63,035 bases of DNA from Bacteroidaceae bacterium (GTDB taxonomy: Bacteria; Bacteroidota; Bacteroidia; Bacteroidales; Bacteroidaceae): assembly GCA_045599425.1 (NCBI GenBank), contig JAZRVZ010000167.1, forward strand, positions 1 through 63,035, read 5' to 3'. The notes beneath the pieces were generated by a model. That model saw nothing but the letters and a program-made list of their open reading frames with translations. It made no database searches and was not told the origin of the DNA. The position numbers were made by a program, and so were the translations under genes. Positions within the stretch are counted from its first letter, which is position 1. Every line of letters begins with the position of its first letter. Positions 9,183 to 18,816 of the stretch are shown here, piece after piece.

Positions 9183-9953
9183 ATGAGAAAGACAATCTAT
9201 ACATGTATCATCGGGGCTTATGACCAGTTGCAGCAGCCTGCTGTGACAGATGGGTCGTTTGACTACATCCTGTTTGTGAAGCGGGGTACGAAGACTTGCG
9301 ATCGAATGGGCGTGTGGCAGGTCCGTGAACTGGATCATGAGGGCGAGGATAACACCATTCTCTCCCGTTTCCCCAAGATGAATCCTCATCTGGTGCTTCC
9401 CGGATATGACTATAGTGTCTGGATGGACGGGAATATCGCCATACGGTCAGCGGCGTTCTATGATGCCGTCAACCGGAAGGTGGAGCAGGGGGTGGCCTAC
9501 AGTGGGGTGAAGCATCCGCACCGGGATTGCGTTTACCTGGACATTGAAGGGTGTGTGCATGCCATGCGTGACAGGAGCAGCAATATCTTCCGTGCCTTGA
9601 GATTCCTGCTGAGGATGAAGTTCCCGGCTCATTATGGCATGTATGAGAACAACATCATCCTGCGCCGGCATGATTCGGAACGGGTGAGGAGGTTCGGACA
9701 GATGTGGTGGGAACTGTATCAGCGCTATCCGCGTCGCGACCAGTTCACGGCTCCTTTCTGCCTGAGGGAATGTGGCCTGCCCTTTGACTATCTGTTGCCG
9801 GAAGGGGAGAGTGCCAAGACTTCGGCTTGGTTTGTCTATCAGGAACACATAGCAGGCAAAAAGCCCTTCCTGCGTTACTGGTACGATTACTTTGCCTGCA
9901 GGGTAAGAACCTATGCCTTTATTGGCTATATGAAGTTTCATGGCGTAATGTAA
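9183..9953 (+). CDS. DUF616/TOD1-type glycosyltransferase-domain protein
   Basis: The N-terminal IYTCIIGAYDQL motif and the ~255-aa size fit this family, and the gene sits in the EPS locus. Confidence 0.6.
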   Translation: MRKTIYTCIIGAYDQLQQPAVTDGSFDYILFVKRGTKTCDRMGVWQVRELDHEGEDNTILSRFPKMNPHLVLPGYDYSVWMDGNIAIRSAAFYDAVNRKVEQGVAYSGVKHPHRDCVYLDIEGCVHAMRDRSSNIFRALRFLLRMKFPAHYGMYENNIILRRHDSERVRRFGQMWWELYQRYPRRDQFTAPFCLRECGLPFDYLLPEGESAKTSAWFVYQEHIAGKKPFLRYWYDYFACRVRTYAFIGYMKFHGVM

Positions 9954-9961
9954 GTCTGCAG

Positions 9962-11053
9962 ATGAAAAAGATACTGTTTATCTCGCAATACCTGAACCGC
10001 AATGGCACCGAGGCCTTCATGATGAGTGTCTTCCGGGGGATAGACCATGCGCGCTTTCATGTGGATTTCCTGCTGTACACCCGGCAGGAGTCGGATTACA
10101 CGCGTGAGGTCGAGGCGTCGGGAGGGCGTGTGTACAGGGTTACGTCCCGCAGGGAGTCTCCCCTGAGGTGGTACCGGGAGCTGAACCGCTTCCTCAAGGA
10201 ACATGCCGGTGAATATCATGCCATTCATTTCTGCGGCAACCATGTCAATGCAATGGCGCCCATATTCTTCTCCTGGCTCTATCGGGTGCCAGTCCGCATC
10301 GTGCATTCCCATAATTCCCTTGCCCGGGGACTTGCCGTGAAAGTGTGCCATGTGCTCAACCGTGGACTGGTCCGGCGGATGACCACCCATCATCTGGCCT
10401 GTTCAGACCTGGCGGCCAGGTGGTTCTTCGGTTCTCATCCGGCCATGATCATCAAGAATGGCATAGATGTGGAGACATTCGCGTATGATCCTGCAAAGAG
10501 AGTTTCCATGAGGGAAAGCCTGGGGCTCGCTCCCGGGGAGGTTGTGATCGGGCATGTGGGCGCTTTCCGCGCAGAGAAGTATCACTCGCAGATCCTTCGT
10601 GTGTTCCATTCATTCCTGCAGACGGAACCACATGCCAGGCTTCTTCTGGCCGGAACTGGCATGCTGATGGAGGATACCAGGCGGCTGGCTGCAGAACTGG
10701 GTGTGGAGGACAAGGTTTCGTTCCTGGGCGAACGCAATGATGTTCCCCTGCTGATGCAGGCCATGGATCTTTTCCTGATGCCCTCAACGTTTGAAGGCCT
10801 TCCTTTTGTCTTGATAGAGGCTCAGGCGGCAGGTCTTCCCTGTGTCATCTCTGACGTCATTTCCCGTGACATTGTCCTGACGTCACTGGTCTGCTACCGA
10901 AGGCTTGATGATACGCATGCCAGCTGGGCCTCTGCAATACGTTCTGCCTTGGATGAACCGCGAAAGGACAGATCCTCAGAGGTGAGGGATGCTGGATATT
11001 CCATAAAGGATTCCATCAGGAGTCTGGAAACTATATATATGTCAAATGAATAA
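9962..11053 (+). CDS. glycosyltransferase family 4 (GT-B)
   Basis: [14 protein letters not shown] start and an E..G.P..EA C-terminal motif ([17 protein letters not shown]). The ORF-track N-terminal extension from 9827 overlaps the previous gene and is rejected. Confidence 0.8.
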   Translation: MKKILFISQYLNRNGTEAFMMSVFRGIDHARFHVDFLLYTRQESDYTREVEASGGRVYRVTSRRESPLRWYRELNRFLKEHAGEYHAIHFCGNHVNAMAPIFFSWLYRVPVRIVHSHNSLARGLAVKVCHVLNRGLVRRMTTHHLACSDLAARWFFGSHPAMIIKNGIDVETFAYDPAKRVSMRESLGLAPGEVVIGHVGAFRAEKYHSQILRVFHSFLQTEPHARLLLAGTGMLMEDTRRLAAELGVEDKVSFLGERNDVPLLMQAMDLFLMPSTFEGLPFVLIEAQAAGLPCVISDVISRDIVLTSLVCYRRLDDTHASWASAIRSALDEPRKDRSSEVRDAGYSIKDSIRSLETIYMSNE

Positions 11054-11639
11054 GAAACTCGTCAGAAACTACCTGCGGCTGGCCAAAAGTCTGCTGTTCG
11101 TACCTTTGTGTCTGCCCCATCTATTGGCCTACCTGTTGTCTTCAGCTTCCAGAAGGGCACTGATAAAAAGTGACTTGTCGGTGATGGCCTATCAGATTGG
11201 GATAGGGCTGGGGACCATGATGTCCCTGGTGTATATGTTGGCCAACAACCGTTTCTACCGCAATCTGTTCTATCACCGCATCGGTCCCGCTTGTGCCTTG
11301 CTGATAGGTTGGATTCTTCCAAAGGATCGCTATTTCAGCATAAGCAAGACGACCGGTATCGGTGAGGGATGCTGGATGGCTCATCCGTTCTCGACGATAA
11401 TCAATGCAGAATCGATAGGCCGGAATTTCCGGGTTATCAATAATACGACGATTGGTGAAACGGCCAAGGGCCGGCCTGTCATAGGTGACAATGTCGATGT
11501 GGGGGCAGGGGTCATCATCATTGGTAATGTGAAAATCGGTGACAATGTCAGGATTGGGGCAGGAAGTGTGGTTGTGAGGGATATACCTGGCAATTGTGTT
11601 GCCGTTGGCAATCCTGCCCGTCCTGTGAAGTTCCTGTAG
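11046..11639 (+). CDS. hexapeptide-repeat O-acetyltransferase (serine acetyltransferase-like)
   Basis: Left-handed beta-helix repeats ([31 protein letters not shown]). There is an 8-nt overlap with the upstream GT gene. Confidence 0.75.
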   Translation: MNKKLVRNYLRLAKSLLFVPLCLPHLLAYLLSSASRRALIKSDLSVMAYQIGIGLGTMMSLVYMLANNRFYRNLFYHRIGPACALLIGWILPKDRYFSISKTTGIGEGCWMAHPFSTIINAESIGRNFRVINNTTIGETAKGRPVIGDNVDVGAGVIIIGNVKIGDNVRIGAGSVVVRDIPGNCVAVGNPARPVKFL

Positions 11640-11676
11640 TTATCCTGTTGTTATTGTTTCCCCATATTCATAATAT

Positions 11677-12723
11677 ATGCGAATCCTTCATTTGATCAAT
11701 GCCGTGGAGATCGGTGGCGCCCAGCGTCTCCTTGTAGACCTGCTCCCCCGTATGGCACGCCTGGAGGAGGTGGTTGATCTGGTCGTGTTTGAGGACTTGG
11801 ATAATGAGTTTACGAGATGCCTGAAGGAAGCAGGCATACGTATCATTGTCCTCGGAGAGAGGAACTACCGTAACCCGCTGCTGGCAGGGAAACTCAGAAA
11901 GATTTTCCGGCAGTACGATCTGGTACACGTACATTTGTTTCCTTCCAGCTATTGGGCTTCCCTGGCTGCCCGGGGACTGAATGTGAAACTGGTTTTCACT
12001 GAACATAGCACATCAAACGCCCGCAGGACAAAAAGCGTGTTCCGTCCCATCGAGAGGTTCATATACAGGCGCTATGACAGGATTATTTCCATCAGTCGAC
12101 AAACTCAGGATGCCCTGACCCGATGGCTGCGGCAGGAGGATGAGCGGTTCGTGGTGGTCCATAACGGCATAGATACACGTCGTTTTGCCAATGTCTCACA
12201 TTCGGATGAGGGGAGCACACTTATCATGGTTGCGCGTTTTGTGTCTGCCAAGGATCATCAGACGGTGATTCGTGCCATGAGGATGCTGCCGGAGGACGTG
12301 ACGCTGAACCTGGTTGGCGACGGGCCTACGCGTCCGTCTTGTGAGGCCCTGGTCCGGGAGCTTGGACTGGAGAAACGGATCTGTTTCCTGGGGGAACGGA
12401 CGGATGTGGCTTCTCTCATCGCTGCATCGCGCATCGGTATACAGTCTTCTTACTGGGAAGGTTTTGGGTTGACAGCCGTGGAAATCATGGCTTGCGGCAA
12501 ACCGGTGGTGGCAAGTCGGGTGGAGGGGCTTAGGCAGGTGGTTGAAGGTGCCGGATTACTGTTTGACCAAGGGGATGCCGTTGCTTTGGCCGACTTGGTG
12601 CGTGGTCTTATGGAGGACAGTAACCGCTATGACAGTATTGTCCAAAAGTGTCTGGAGAGGGCTGCCGACTATGATATTGGGTATATGGTGGATCGTTACT
12701 TGCAGGTGTACAGGACACTCTGA
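11677..12723 (+). CDS. glycosyltransferase family 4 (GT-B)
   Basis: MRILHLINAVEIGGAQR start and the WEGFGLTAVEIMACGKPVV motif. Confidence 0.8.
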   Translation: MRILHLINAVEIGGAQRLLVDLLPRMARLEEVVDLVVFEDLDNEFTRCLKEAGIRIIVLGERNYRNPLLAGKLRKIFRQYDLVHVHLFPSSYWASLAARGLNVKLVFTEHSTSNARRTKSVFRPIERFIYRRYDRIISISRQTQDALTRWLRQEDERFVVVHNGIDTRRFANVSHSDEGSTLIMVARFVSAKDHQTVIRAMRMLPEDVTLNLVGDGPTRPSCEALVRELGLEKRICFLGERTDVASLIAASRIGIQSSYWEGFGLTAVEIMACGKPVVASRVEGLRQVVEGAGLLFDQGDAVALADLVRGLMEDSNRYDSIVQKCLERAADYDIGYMVDRYLQVYRTL

Positions 12724-12761
12724 AGTTGTGTGATTCTTTCCGCTAATTATTCCGCTGTTCA

Positions 12762-13775
12762 TCAGTGAAGCAGGAAGTCCCTGGGAGAGTCTGCCCAGTC
12801 CAGGCCGAGGCCATAGTGTTTGCCATTGCGTGCTGAATAGTATAGGCTGAATCCTGTTTCTGTCCTGACCAGACAACTTCGGTAGAGTTCTGCGTCCCAG
12901 TGCTTTTCACGGGGGAGTCTCATGATGACCGGAATGCTCCAATGGACATTGTCGGTGGATTCGCTGTAGAACAAGCACCACTTGCTAATGGAATCTCTTC
13001 CCTTGACCATGACCGTGAGACGGAAAAGTCCGTCGGCATGAATGACATCGATGTGCCAGGGGTAAAACTCCTGTCCGTTGTATTCGTATGGAAGATCGAT
13101 GCTTTGCAGATGTTGCCAGTTGGTACCATCCAGACTTTCATGATAGTCTATGGTCTTGGTCTTGAGGCTTACCGTCCAGATGTGATACCTGCCGTTCTCG
13201 TAGCAGGCGGCCGGACTGAGGAATAGGGCGCAGTTGCGGTTGCCTCTGTTTTCATGCAGTATTTCTTTGTCTTTCCAGTTCTGGCCGTCTTTTGATATCA
13301 TCCGGTAGATGATTTCCTCCTGGCTCTTCTCGTCGGCATAACGGAACCAGACTTCCAGTTCGCCGTGCTGATCGTTGTATAGCAGATGTGTGTCAGAATA
13401 ATACTTTTTGTCGGTGTCGATGGGAACGTCTAATGGTGTTCTTGCAATGTTCTGCCAATTCTTTCCGTCATCAGAGAAGGCAACGCACGGATTTTCATAT
13501 TTTGGATTCCCGTCAGGATAGGGAGTATAGGCCATCCAGTAGGGATGCCCGAAGAGGCTGTCCGGAAAGTACAGAACCTTGGGATGGACGTTCTGGGTAT
13601 TCCCCCGATAGTTGCGGACCGGCAGGAAATATTCATAAAACGGGGATTGATACCTCTGTTCATCCTCGGGCTGGCAGGAGCAAAGAATGAGACAGAGTAG
13701 CAAGCTGGGTATTTTGCATGTCATGGTTTGGCGGTATGACTTTTTAAACAGAGATTTCCATGTTTTATTGTTCAT
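12762..13775 (-). CDS. lipoprotein with beta-propeller-like (glycosidase-fold-like) repeats, function unknown
   Basis: Lipobox LILCSC. Repeated ..DG.NW.. / W-rich strands and HPKVLYFPDSLFGHPYWMAYTPYP. It is the only minus-strand gene inside the plus-strand EPS operon. Confidence 0.6.
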   Translation of the reverse strand: MNNKTWKSLFKKSYRQTMTCKIPSLLLCLILCSCQPEDEQRYQSPFYEYFLPVRNYRGNTQNVHPKVLYFPDSLFGHPYWMAYTPYPDGNPKYENPCVAFSDDGKNWQNIARTPLDVPIDTDKKYYSDTHLLYNDQHGELEVWFRYADEKSQEEIIYRMISKDGQNWKDKEILHENRGNRNCALFLSPAACYENGRYHIWTVSLKTKTIDYHESLDGTNWQHLQSIDLPYEYNGQEFYPWHIDVIHADGLFRLTVMVKGRDSISKWCLFYSESTDNVHWSIPVIMRLPREKHWDAELYRSCLVRTETGFSLYYSARNGKHYGLGLDWADSPRDFLLH

Positions 13776-13878
13776 GGCGGGGAATATCGGGTTTGAAGCC
13801 GCAATTTAGTGTTTTTTTGCGAGACTGTACCCAAAGATTTATAGAAATTGATTAACTTTGTATTAGAATTACGGAAAC

Positions 13879-15000
13879 ATGGCAAAATTACTGATAGTCG
13901 TAAACGAAGACCGCTTCTTTCTGAGTCATCGTAAGGATATCGCCTTGCGTGCACGTCAGGAGGGGTATGATGTCACCGTGGTATGCAAGGATACCGGGCA
14001 GCATGGTGTCATCAAGGCCATGGGATTGCCGGTAATAGAGTTGCCAGTGAATCCTACGGGAATGAGCCTGATGGAAGAACTGAGGACTTTCCGTTTTCTC
14101 TGTAAACTCTACAAACGCGAGAAGCCGGACCTGGTTCATCATGTAGGATTGAAGAATATTCTTTGGGGAGGCTTGGCTGCCAGGTACCGGAAGATTCATG
14201 GCGTAGTGAACGCGGTGAGTGGACTGGGTGTCCTGTTTTCTGGATACAAGCCTTCGCTTTTGGCCTCGGCTATTCTGCGTGTCATGGCGTATGCCTCCAA
14301 CCGTCCTCGGGTCAAGGCGATATTCCAGAACCCAGAGGATCAGAGTCTTTTCATTATGAAGGATGTGGTGCGAGTGGATCAGTGTGAGTTTATTAAGGGC
14401 TCTGGGGTTAGCCTGCGCGAATACGGTTTCGTTCCAGAACCTGAAGGTGGAAAGATTCGTGTAATCTTCACGGCTCGTATGTTGAAGGAAAAAGGTGTGC
14501 TGACCTTAATCGAGGCTGCCAATCTCCTGCGTAGGGATTATGTTGATAAGGTTGAGTTTATCCTGTGCGGCGGACTGTCAAATAACCCCGATGGTATCAG
14601 GAAGGAGGAACTGGAAAGAATGTGTGACGGGACTTATATCCAGTGGCTTGGCCATCGCACCGATGTCAAGGAACTGTTGGAGTCAAGTCATATCATGGCT
14701 TTTCCCAGCTACTACCGTGAGGGTGTTCCACGTTCACTGATTGAGGCCTGTGCTGTTGGGCGCCCCATTGTGACCTGCGACAGTATTGGCTGTAAGGATG
14801 CTGTGGATGATGGCGTCAACGGTTATCTGATCAAACCGATGGATGCCAATGCACTGGCTGCAAGATTGAAGAAACTGTTTGACAGTTCTTCGCTGCGACG
14901 TCTGTTGGGAGCCAAGGGACGTGTGAAAGCCGAGATGGAGTTTGACTTGGAATTTGTGCTGGACAAGCACATGGAGATATATCGAAGTCTGCTGATTTGA
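13879..15000 (+). CDS. glycosyltransferase family 4 (GT-B)
   Basis: MAKLLIVVNEDRFFLSHR start and the YREGVPRSLIEACAVGRPIV motif. Confidence 0.8.
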   Translation: MAKLLIVVNEDRFFLSHRKDIALRARQEGYDVTVVCKDTGQHGVIKAMGLPVIELPVNPTGMSLMEELRTFRFLCKLYKREKPDLVHHVGLKNILWGGLAARYRKIHGVVNAVSGLGVLFSGYKPSLLASAILRVMAYASNRPRVKAIFQNPEDQSLFIMKDVVRVDQCEFIKGSGVSLREYGFVPEPEGGKIRVIFTARMLKEKGVLTLIEAANLLRRDYVDKVEFILCGGLSNNPDGIRKEELERMCDGTYIQWLGHRTDVKELLESSHIMAFPSYYREGVPRSLIEACAVGRPIVTCDSIGCKDAVDDGVNGYLIKPMDANALAARLKKLFDSSSLRRLLGAKGRVKAEMEFDLEFVLDKHMEIYRSLLI

Positions 15001-15037
15001 CCCGTGCAACCATAGAAGAGCATACATAGTAGCCGGA

Positions 15038-16504
15038 ATGAATCATACGCTGAACGAGAAAGTAAGGACCGCCACCAAATGGTCCGTGATAACGGAGGTT
15101 GCAGCAAAGCTTGTGACCCCATTGTCCACGATGGTTCTGGCCAGACTGCTCATCCCCGATGCGTTTGGTGTACTGGTAACGGCCACGATGGTTATCTATT
15201 TTGCTGAGATCTTCACAGATGCTGGTTTCCAGAAATATATCATTCAGAAGGATTTCAATTCTGAGGATGAACTCTATCGCAGTACCAATGTAGCCTTCTG
15301 GTCTAATCTTTGCTTGTCTTGTCTTATCTGGCTGGTCATTGCTATCTTCTCTTCCGATATCGCACACTTGGTGGGTAGTGATGGTTATGGATTAGTTGTC
15401 GCCGTGTCGTGCGTTTGCATTCCGTTTGCGGCCTTCAGTAGCATTCAGATGGCTTTGCTGAAGAGGTCTTTGGATTTCAAGACCTTGTTTGCCGTGCGTA
15501 TCGTCGGTATCATGGTGCCCATTGTGGTGACTATTCCTATTGCCTATCTTACACGTAGCTATTGGGCCTTGATCATTGGCATGATTGCCAGGGAGTGCGT
15601 CAATGCTGTTGTCTTGACCTACTTTTCCCCTTTCAAGCCAAGATTTACTTATCAGTTTTCTCTTTTTAAGAGCATGTTCTCTTTTACATTCTGGTCCATG
15701 CTCGAATCTGTAAGTATATGGCTCACTTCCTATCTGGATATCTTTATCGTCGGGACCATCTTGAATACCTATTATATGGGTGTCTATCGCACTTCGATGA
15801 ATATCGTAAGTCAGATCATGCTGGTGGTGACAGCCTCTACTACCCCGATATTGTTCTCGGCTCTGTCCCGTTTGCAGAATGACCGTGAAGAGTTCGCCAG
15901 GATGTTTATGAACTTCCAGCGTATGGTGGCCATTCTCATTATCCCGATGGGTGTGGGGATATTCTTGTTTTCGGATACTATCACAGACATTTTGCTTGGG
16001 GCACAGTGGAGTGAGGCGAGTGATTTTATAGGATGGTGGGGATTGTCAAGTGCATGGGTCATCATCTTCAGTCATTATGCCAGTGAGATATATCGCTCTT
16101 TGGGAAAACCCAAGGTCTCTGTCTTAGCTCAGTTTCTTCACCTTATTTGTCTGATTCCTACGGTGTATATATCGATAGAATATGGATTTGATACCTTGGT
16201 GGTATGCCGCTCGTTGATTCGTCTTCAGATGATCATGGTCAATGCGGTGCTGTTGTGGATGATTGCACGCATGTCTTTGTGGCAAATGTTGTATAACTGC
16301 CGCAACATATTTGTGGCAACGATGGGAATGACGATGGTTGCCTGTCTGCTGCCGGAGGTAAATGCTTTGGGTTGGGGTATCGCACAGATGCTTCTCTGTG
16401 CAATTGTTTATTTTGCAGTATTGTGCAGTTTTCCAAAGGAGCGCGCTGCCCTGATGCGACTTATTCAGGGATTTATAGGTAAATTGAATAGTAGGAAATC
16501 GTAA
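15038..16504 (+). CDS. wzx: Wzx-type polysaccharide flippase (MOP superfamily)
   Basis: A 488-aa protein with about 12-14 TM helices, and the N-terminal ..KWSVITEVAAKLVTPLSTMVLARLL.P..FG motif. Confidence 0.75.
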   Translation: MNHTLNEKVRTATKWSVITEVAAKLVTPLSTMVLARLLIPDAFGVLVTATMVIYFAEIFTDAGFQKYIIQKDFNSEDELYRSTNVAFWSNLCLSCLIWLVIAIFSSDIAHLVGSDGYGLVVAVSCVCIPFAAFSSIQMALLKRSLDFKTLFAVRIVGIMVPIVVTIPIAYLTRSYWALIIGMIARECVNAVVLTYFSPFKPRFTYQFSLFKSMFSFTFWSMLESVSIWLTSYLDIFIVGTILNTYYMGVYRTSMNIVSQIMLVVTASTTPILFSALSRLQNDREEFARMFMNFQRMVAILIIPMGVGIFLFSDTITDILLGAQWSEASDFIGWWGLSSAWVIIFSHYASEIYRSLGKPKVSVLAQFLHLICLIPTVYISIEYGFDTLVVCRSLIRLQMIMVNAVLLWMIARMSLWQMLYNCRNIFVATMGMTMVACLLPEVNALGWGIAQMLLCAIVYFAVLCSFPKERAALMRLIQGFIGKLNSRKS

Positions 16505-16521
16505 TAATTAGGACTTGTCTT

Positions 16522-17418
16522 ATGCAGAAACAGAAACTGAGCATTGCTTACCGAATAAAAATACGCCTGTTGGAGTACGCCGCCTTCTTAGTCCCTGATA
16601 CCTGGTATTTGAAATGGCAATTCCAGTTCTGCATGCATCGTCCGCTTGATTTGAAAAATCCTCGCTCCTTCAACGAAAAGTTACAGTGGCTGAAGCTTTA
16701 TTACAGAAAGCCGGAACTTACCCAGATGGTTGACAAGGTTGCAGCGAAGGACTATGTGGCAAGTCTTGTCGGGCAGGACTATCTGGTTCCTACTTTGGGA
16801 GTGTGGAATAATGTTGATGAGATTGATTGGGATATCCTGCCCAACCAGTTTGTCATAAAGTCTGCAGGCGATAGCGGCGGCATCGTTATATGTCGCGACA
16901 AGTCAGGACTTGATATTGAAAGCGCAAAAGCAAAATTAAGGCTTTGTGGCTCACGCCAGTATTGGCGTTATAACAAGGAATATCCCTATAAGGACGTTCC
17001 TCATCGCTACATTGCAGAAGCATATCTGGAAGAAGAGGGAGGAGTCAGGGATTATAAATTCTTCTGTTTTGATGGCGAACCAAAATATTTGTACCTGTCG
17101 CAGGGCCTGGAAGACCATGCCACAGCAAGGATCAGCTTTTTGGATATCGACTGGCAGATTGCTCCATTCCGTAGGTCTGACTACGAACCGTTTAAAGAGC
17201 TGCCCGAGAAGCCTTTAAACTATGATAAGATGATAGGGGTTGCACGGGTTCTGTCTAAGGGGCTTCCTCATGTCAGGATCGATTTGTACAATATAAATGG
17301 GAAGATATATTTTGGAGAAATGACTTTCTTCACTTGCAGCGGTATGGTACCCTTTGAGCCAGAAGAATGGGATTATCGACTGGGGTCAATGATAAAACTT
17401 CCGGACAAGTGCAACTAA
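16522..17418 (+). CDS. TupA-like ATP-grasp amidoligase family protein
   Basis: NPRSFNEKLQWLKLYY and DYKFFCFDGEP motifs typical of the ATP-grasp amidoligases found in polysaccharide loci. Confidence 0.7.
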   Translation: MQKQKLSIAYRIKIRLLEYAAFLVPDTWYLKWQFQFCMHRPLDLKNPRSFNEKLQWLKLYYRKPELTQMVDKVAAKDYVASLVGQDYLVPTLGVWNNVDEIDWDILPNQFVIKSAGDSGGIVICRDKSGLDIESAKAKLRLCGSRQYWRYNKEYPYKDVPHRYIAEAYLEEEGGVRDYKFFCFDGEPKYLYLSQGLEDHATARISFLDIDWQIAPFRRSDYEPFKELPEKPLNYDKMIGVARVLSKGLPHVRIDLYNINGKIYFGEMTFFTCSGMVPFEPEEWDYRLGSMIKLPDKCN

Positions 17419-18816
17419 GGAAAGAATTAGTGCAAGGACTACGGTTGAGACAAATAGAAATGGTCTGGGACTTATATTCCAGGCCATTCCTTTTATTTGG
17501 TTTTTGGAGGTCTTCAGGTTGAATATCCTGATTTCTCCTCCCAGTTTCCTCTTTGAGGCACGTTTGAATATATTTCCCTTGAAACTCCAGTTCTTGCTCT
17601 TTCCTTTACCGTAGAAGATATAAGGGTCTGTGTTCTCATCAATAAAGTTGTTCTCCACCTTGATTTCGTCGGCCACGTCATCGCATTCCACTGCAAATTC
17701 CAGGCCACGTGTACTATTGGTGATGCGATTGTCCCGAATAAGTACGTTGTGTATAGGGCCTTGGCGTTTGTTGGAGACTACGCTTATGGCAGCATTGTTG
17801 CCTTGGCAAGCATCGATGGTATTGCCCATGATGCGTATATTATTGATGGTGAAGACGTGAGAGTTGGGTTCTATGTCAATGGCTCCCGGCATCTTGCTGT
17901 GCGCACAGTTCTTAAGTTGGTTGTTCTTTATGATGACGTCCTCACCGCTGATGATGGAGATGCCGTTCCGATTGCTGTGTTTGTAACCATCTATGCGGTT
18001 GCCCTCTAATATCACTTTCATGTTTCGGGTGCGTTCCCCTGTATTCTCATTGTCGTTGTAGTGATTCAGGCAGATAGCATCCCCCCAGTAGTTCTTGAAC
18101 TGGCAGTTTTTCACTGTGGCTCCCTTTACACCGATGAAACTGATGGTATGGCAGTGCTCTTGGTAAGGATCAAAGCCAGTATCTTCGTTCTCTACCTGAA
18201 AGGTCAGCCCTTCAATGGTGATCTTTGCCACACTCTCTTTCAGGGCATAGGGCTTACTGTAGATGCAAAGCGTGCCGGCTTTGGTTCGGGTCAGCAGGAC
18301 TGTACCCTCTTCACCTTTCAGGCTTATGCCGCTACGGTTGATACCCAGATGGTAGGGCTTGTTGATAGGGTACAGGGGAGTATGGAATGCCTCCAGCAAA
18401 TATGTGCCTCTTGGGAAAAACACCTGCTTACATAGGGAAAGGATTTCATTAATGTTTGTGGCATCATCCTTCTTGCCATCTGCGTAGCAAAGCCACCTTG
18501 CATTGAAGGTCTTGTTGGCTATTGTGCCGGATATCCTTGAACCATGCAATCTGACAGTTCCCTTCAATGTGGTTCTGCAGAATTCCACGGGAGCTTGTAT
18601 GCTTCCTCCGTCAAAGTTTAAGGTAGAGTTGGAAGGAATGGTGATCTTCTGCTTTCCTGCGTGCTGATATCTGATGACGTAGGTGGAATTAGCGGACGCA
18701 AAGAATCTGCCCAGGTCTGTATCGGGGGCATCATAGAAAGTCTTGGCTTGTAGGAACTGAGGGATAAGGAAGGCCAGGATGAATGCCAGGCAGCTGAACT
18801 TACGTATGTTTGCCAT
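17386..18816 (-). CDS. right-handed parallel beta-helix repeat protein with signal peptide and C-terminal TM anchor
   Basis: Repeated ..I.I.GN.I.. / N-ladder segments (IIKNNQLKN, IRIMGNTID, VLIRDNRITN), an N-terminal signal peptide and the C-terminal segment FLFVSTVVLALILSLVALV. Confidence 0.7.
   Translation of the reverse strand: MANIRKFSCLAFILAFLIPQFLQAKTFYDAPDTDLGRFFASANSTYVIRYQHAGKQKITIPSNSTLNFDGGSIQAPVEFCRTTLKGTVRLHGSRISGTIANKTFNARWLCYADGKKDDATNINEILSLCKQVFFPRGTYLLEAFHTPLYPINKPYHLGINRSGISLKGEEGTVLLTRTKAGTLCIYSKPYALKESVAKITIEGLTFQVENEDTGFDPYQEHCHTISFIGVKGATVKNCQFKNYWGDAICLNHYNDNENTGERTRNMKVILEGNRIDGYKHSNRNGISIISGEDVIIKNNQLKNCAHSKMPGAIDIEPNSHVFTINNIRIMGNTIDACQGNNAAISVVSNKRQGPIHNVLIRDNRITNSTRGLEFAVECDDVADEIKVENNFIDENTDPYIFYGKGKSKNWSFKGNIFKRASKRKLGGEIRIFNLKTSKNQIKGMAWNISPRPFLFVSTVVLALILSLVALVRKFYH

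Noticed and set aside
9827-9961. The N-terminal extension of the GT4 ORF that overlaps the DUF616 gene. Similar extensions occur at 29548 (gene A), 47594 (htrA), 49178 (rpoD), 60012 (ampG), 62247 (PAP2), 22107 (wzi), 57102 (ompA-like) and 19994 (wecA-like).
   Set aside because: Internal ATG codons give canonical N-termini (signal peptides or conserved family starts). They also sit downstream of TAnnTTTG promoter boxes or avoid overlap with the upstream gene.
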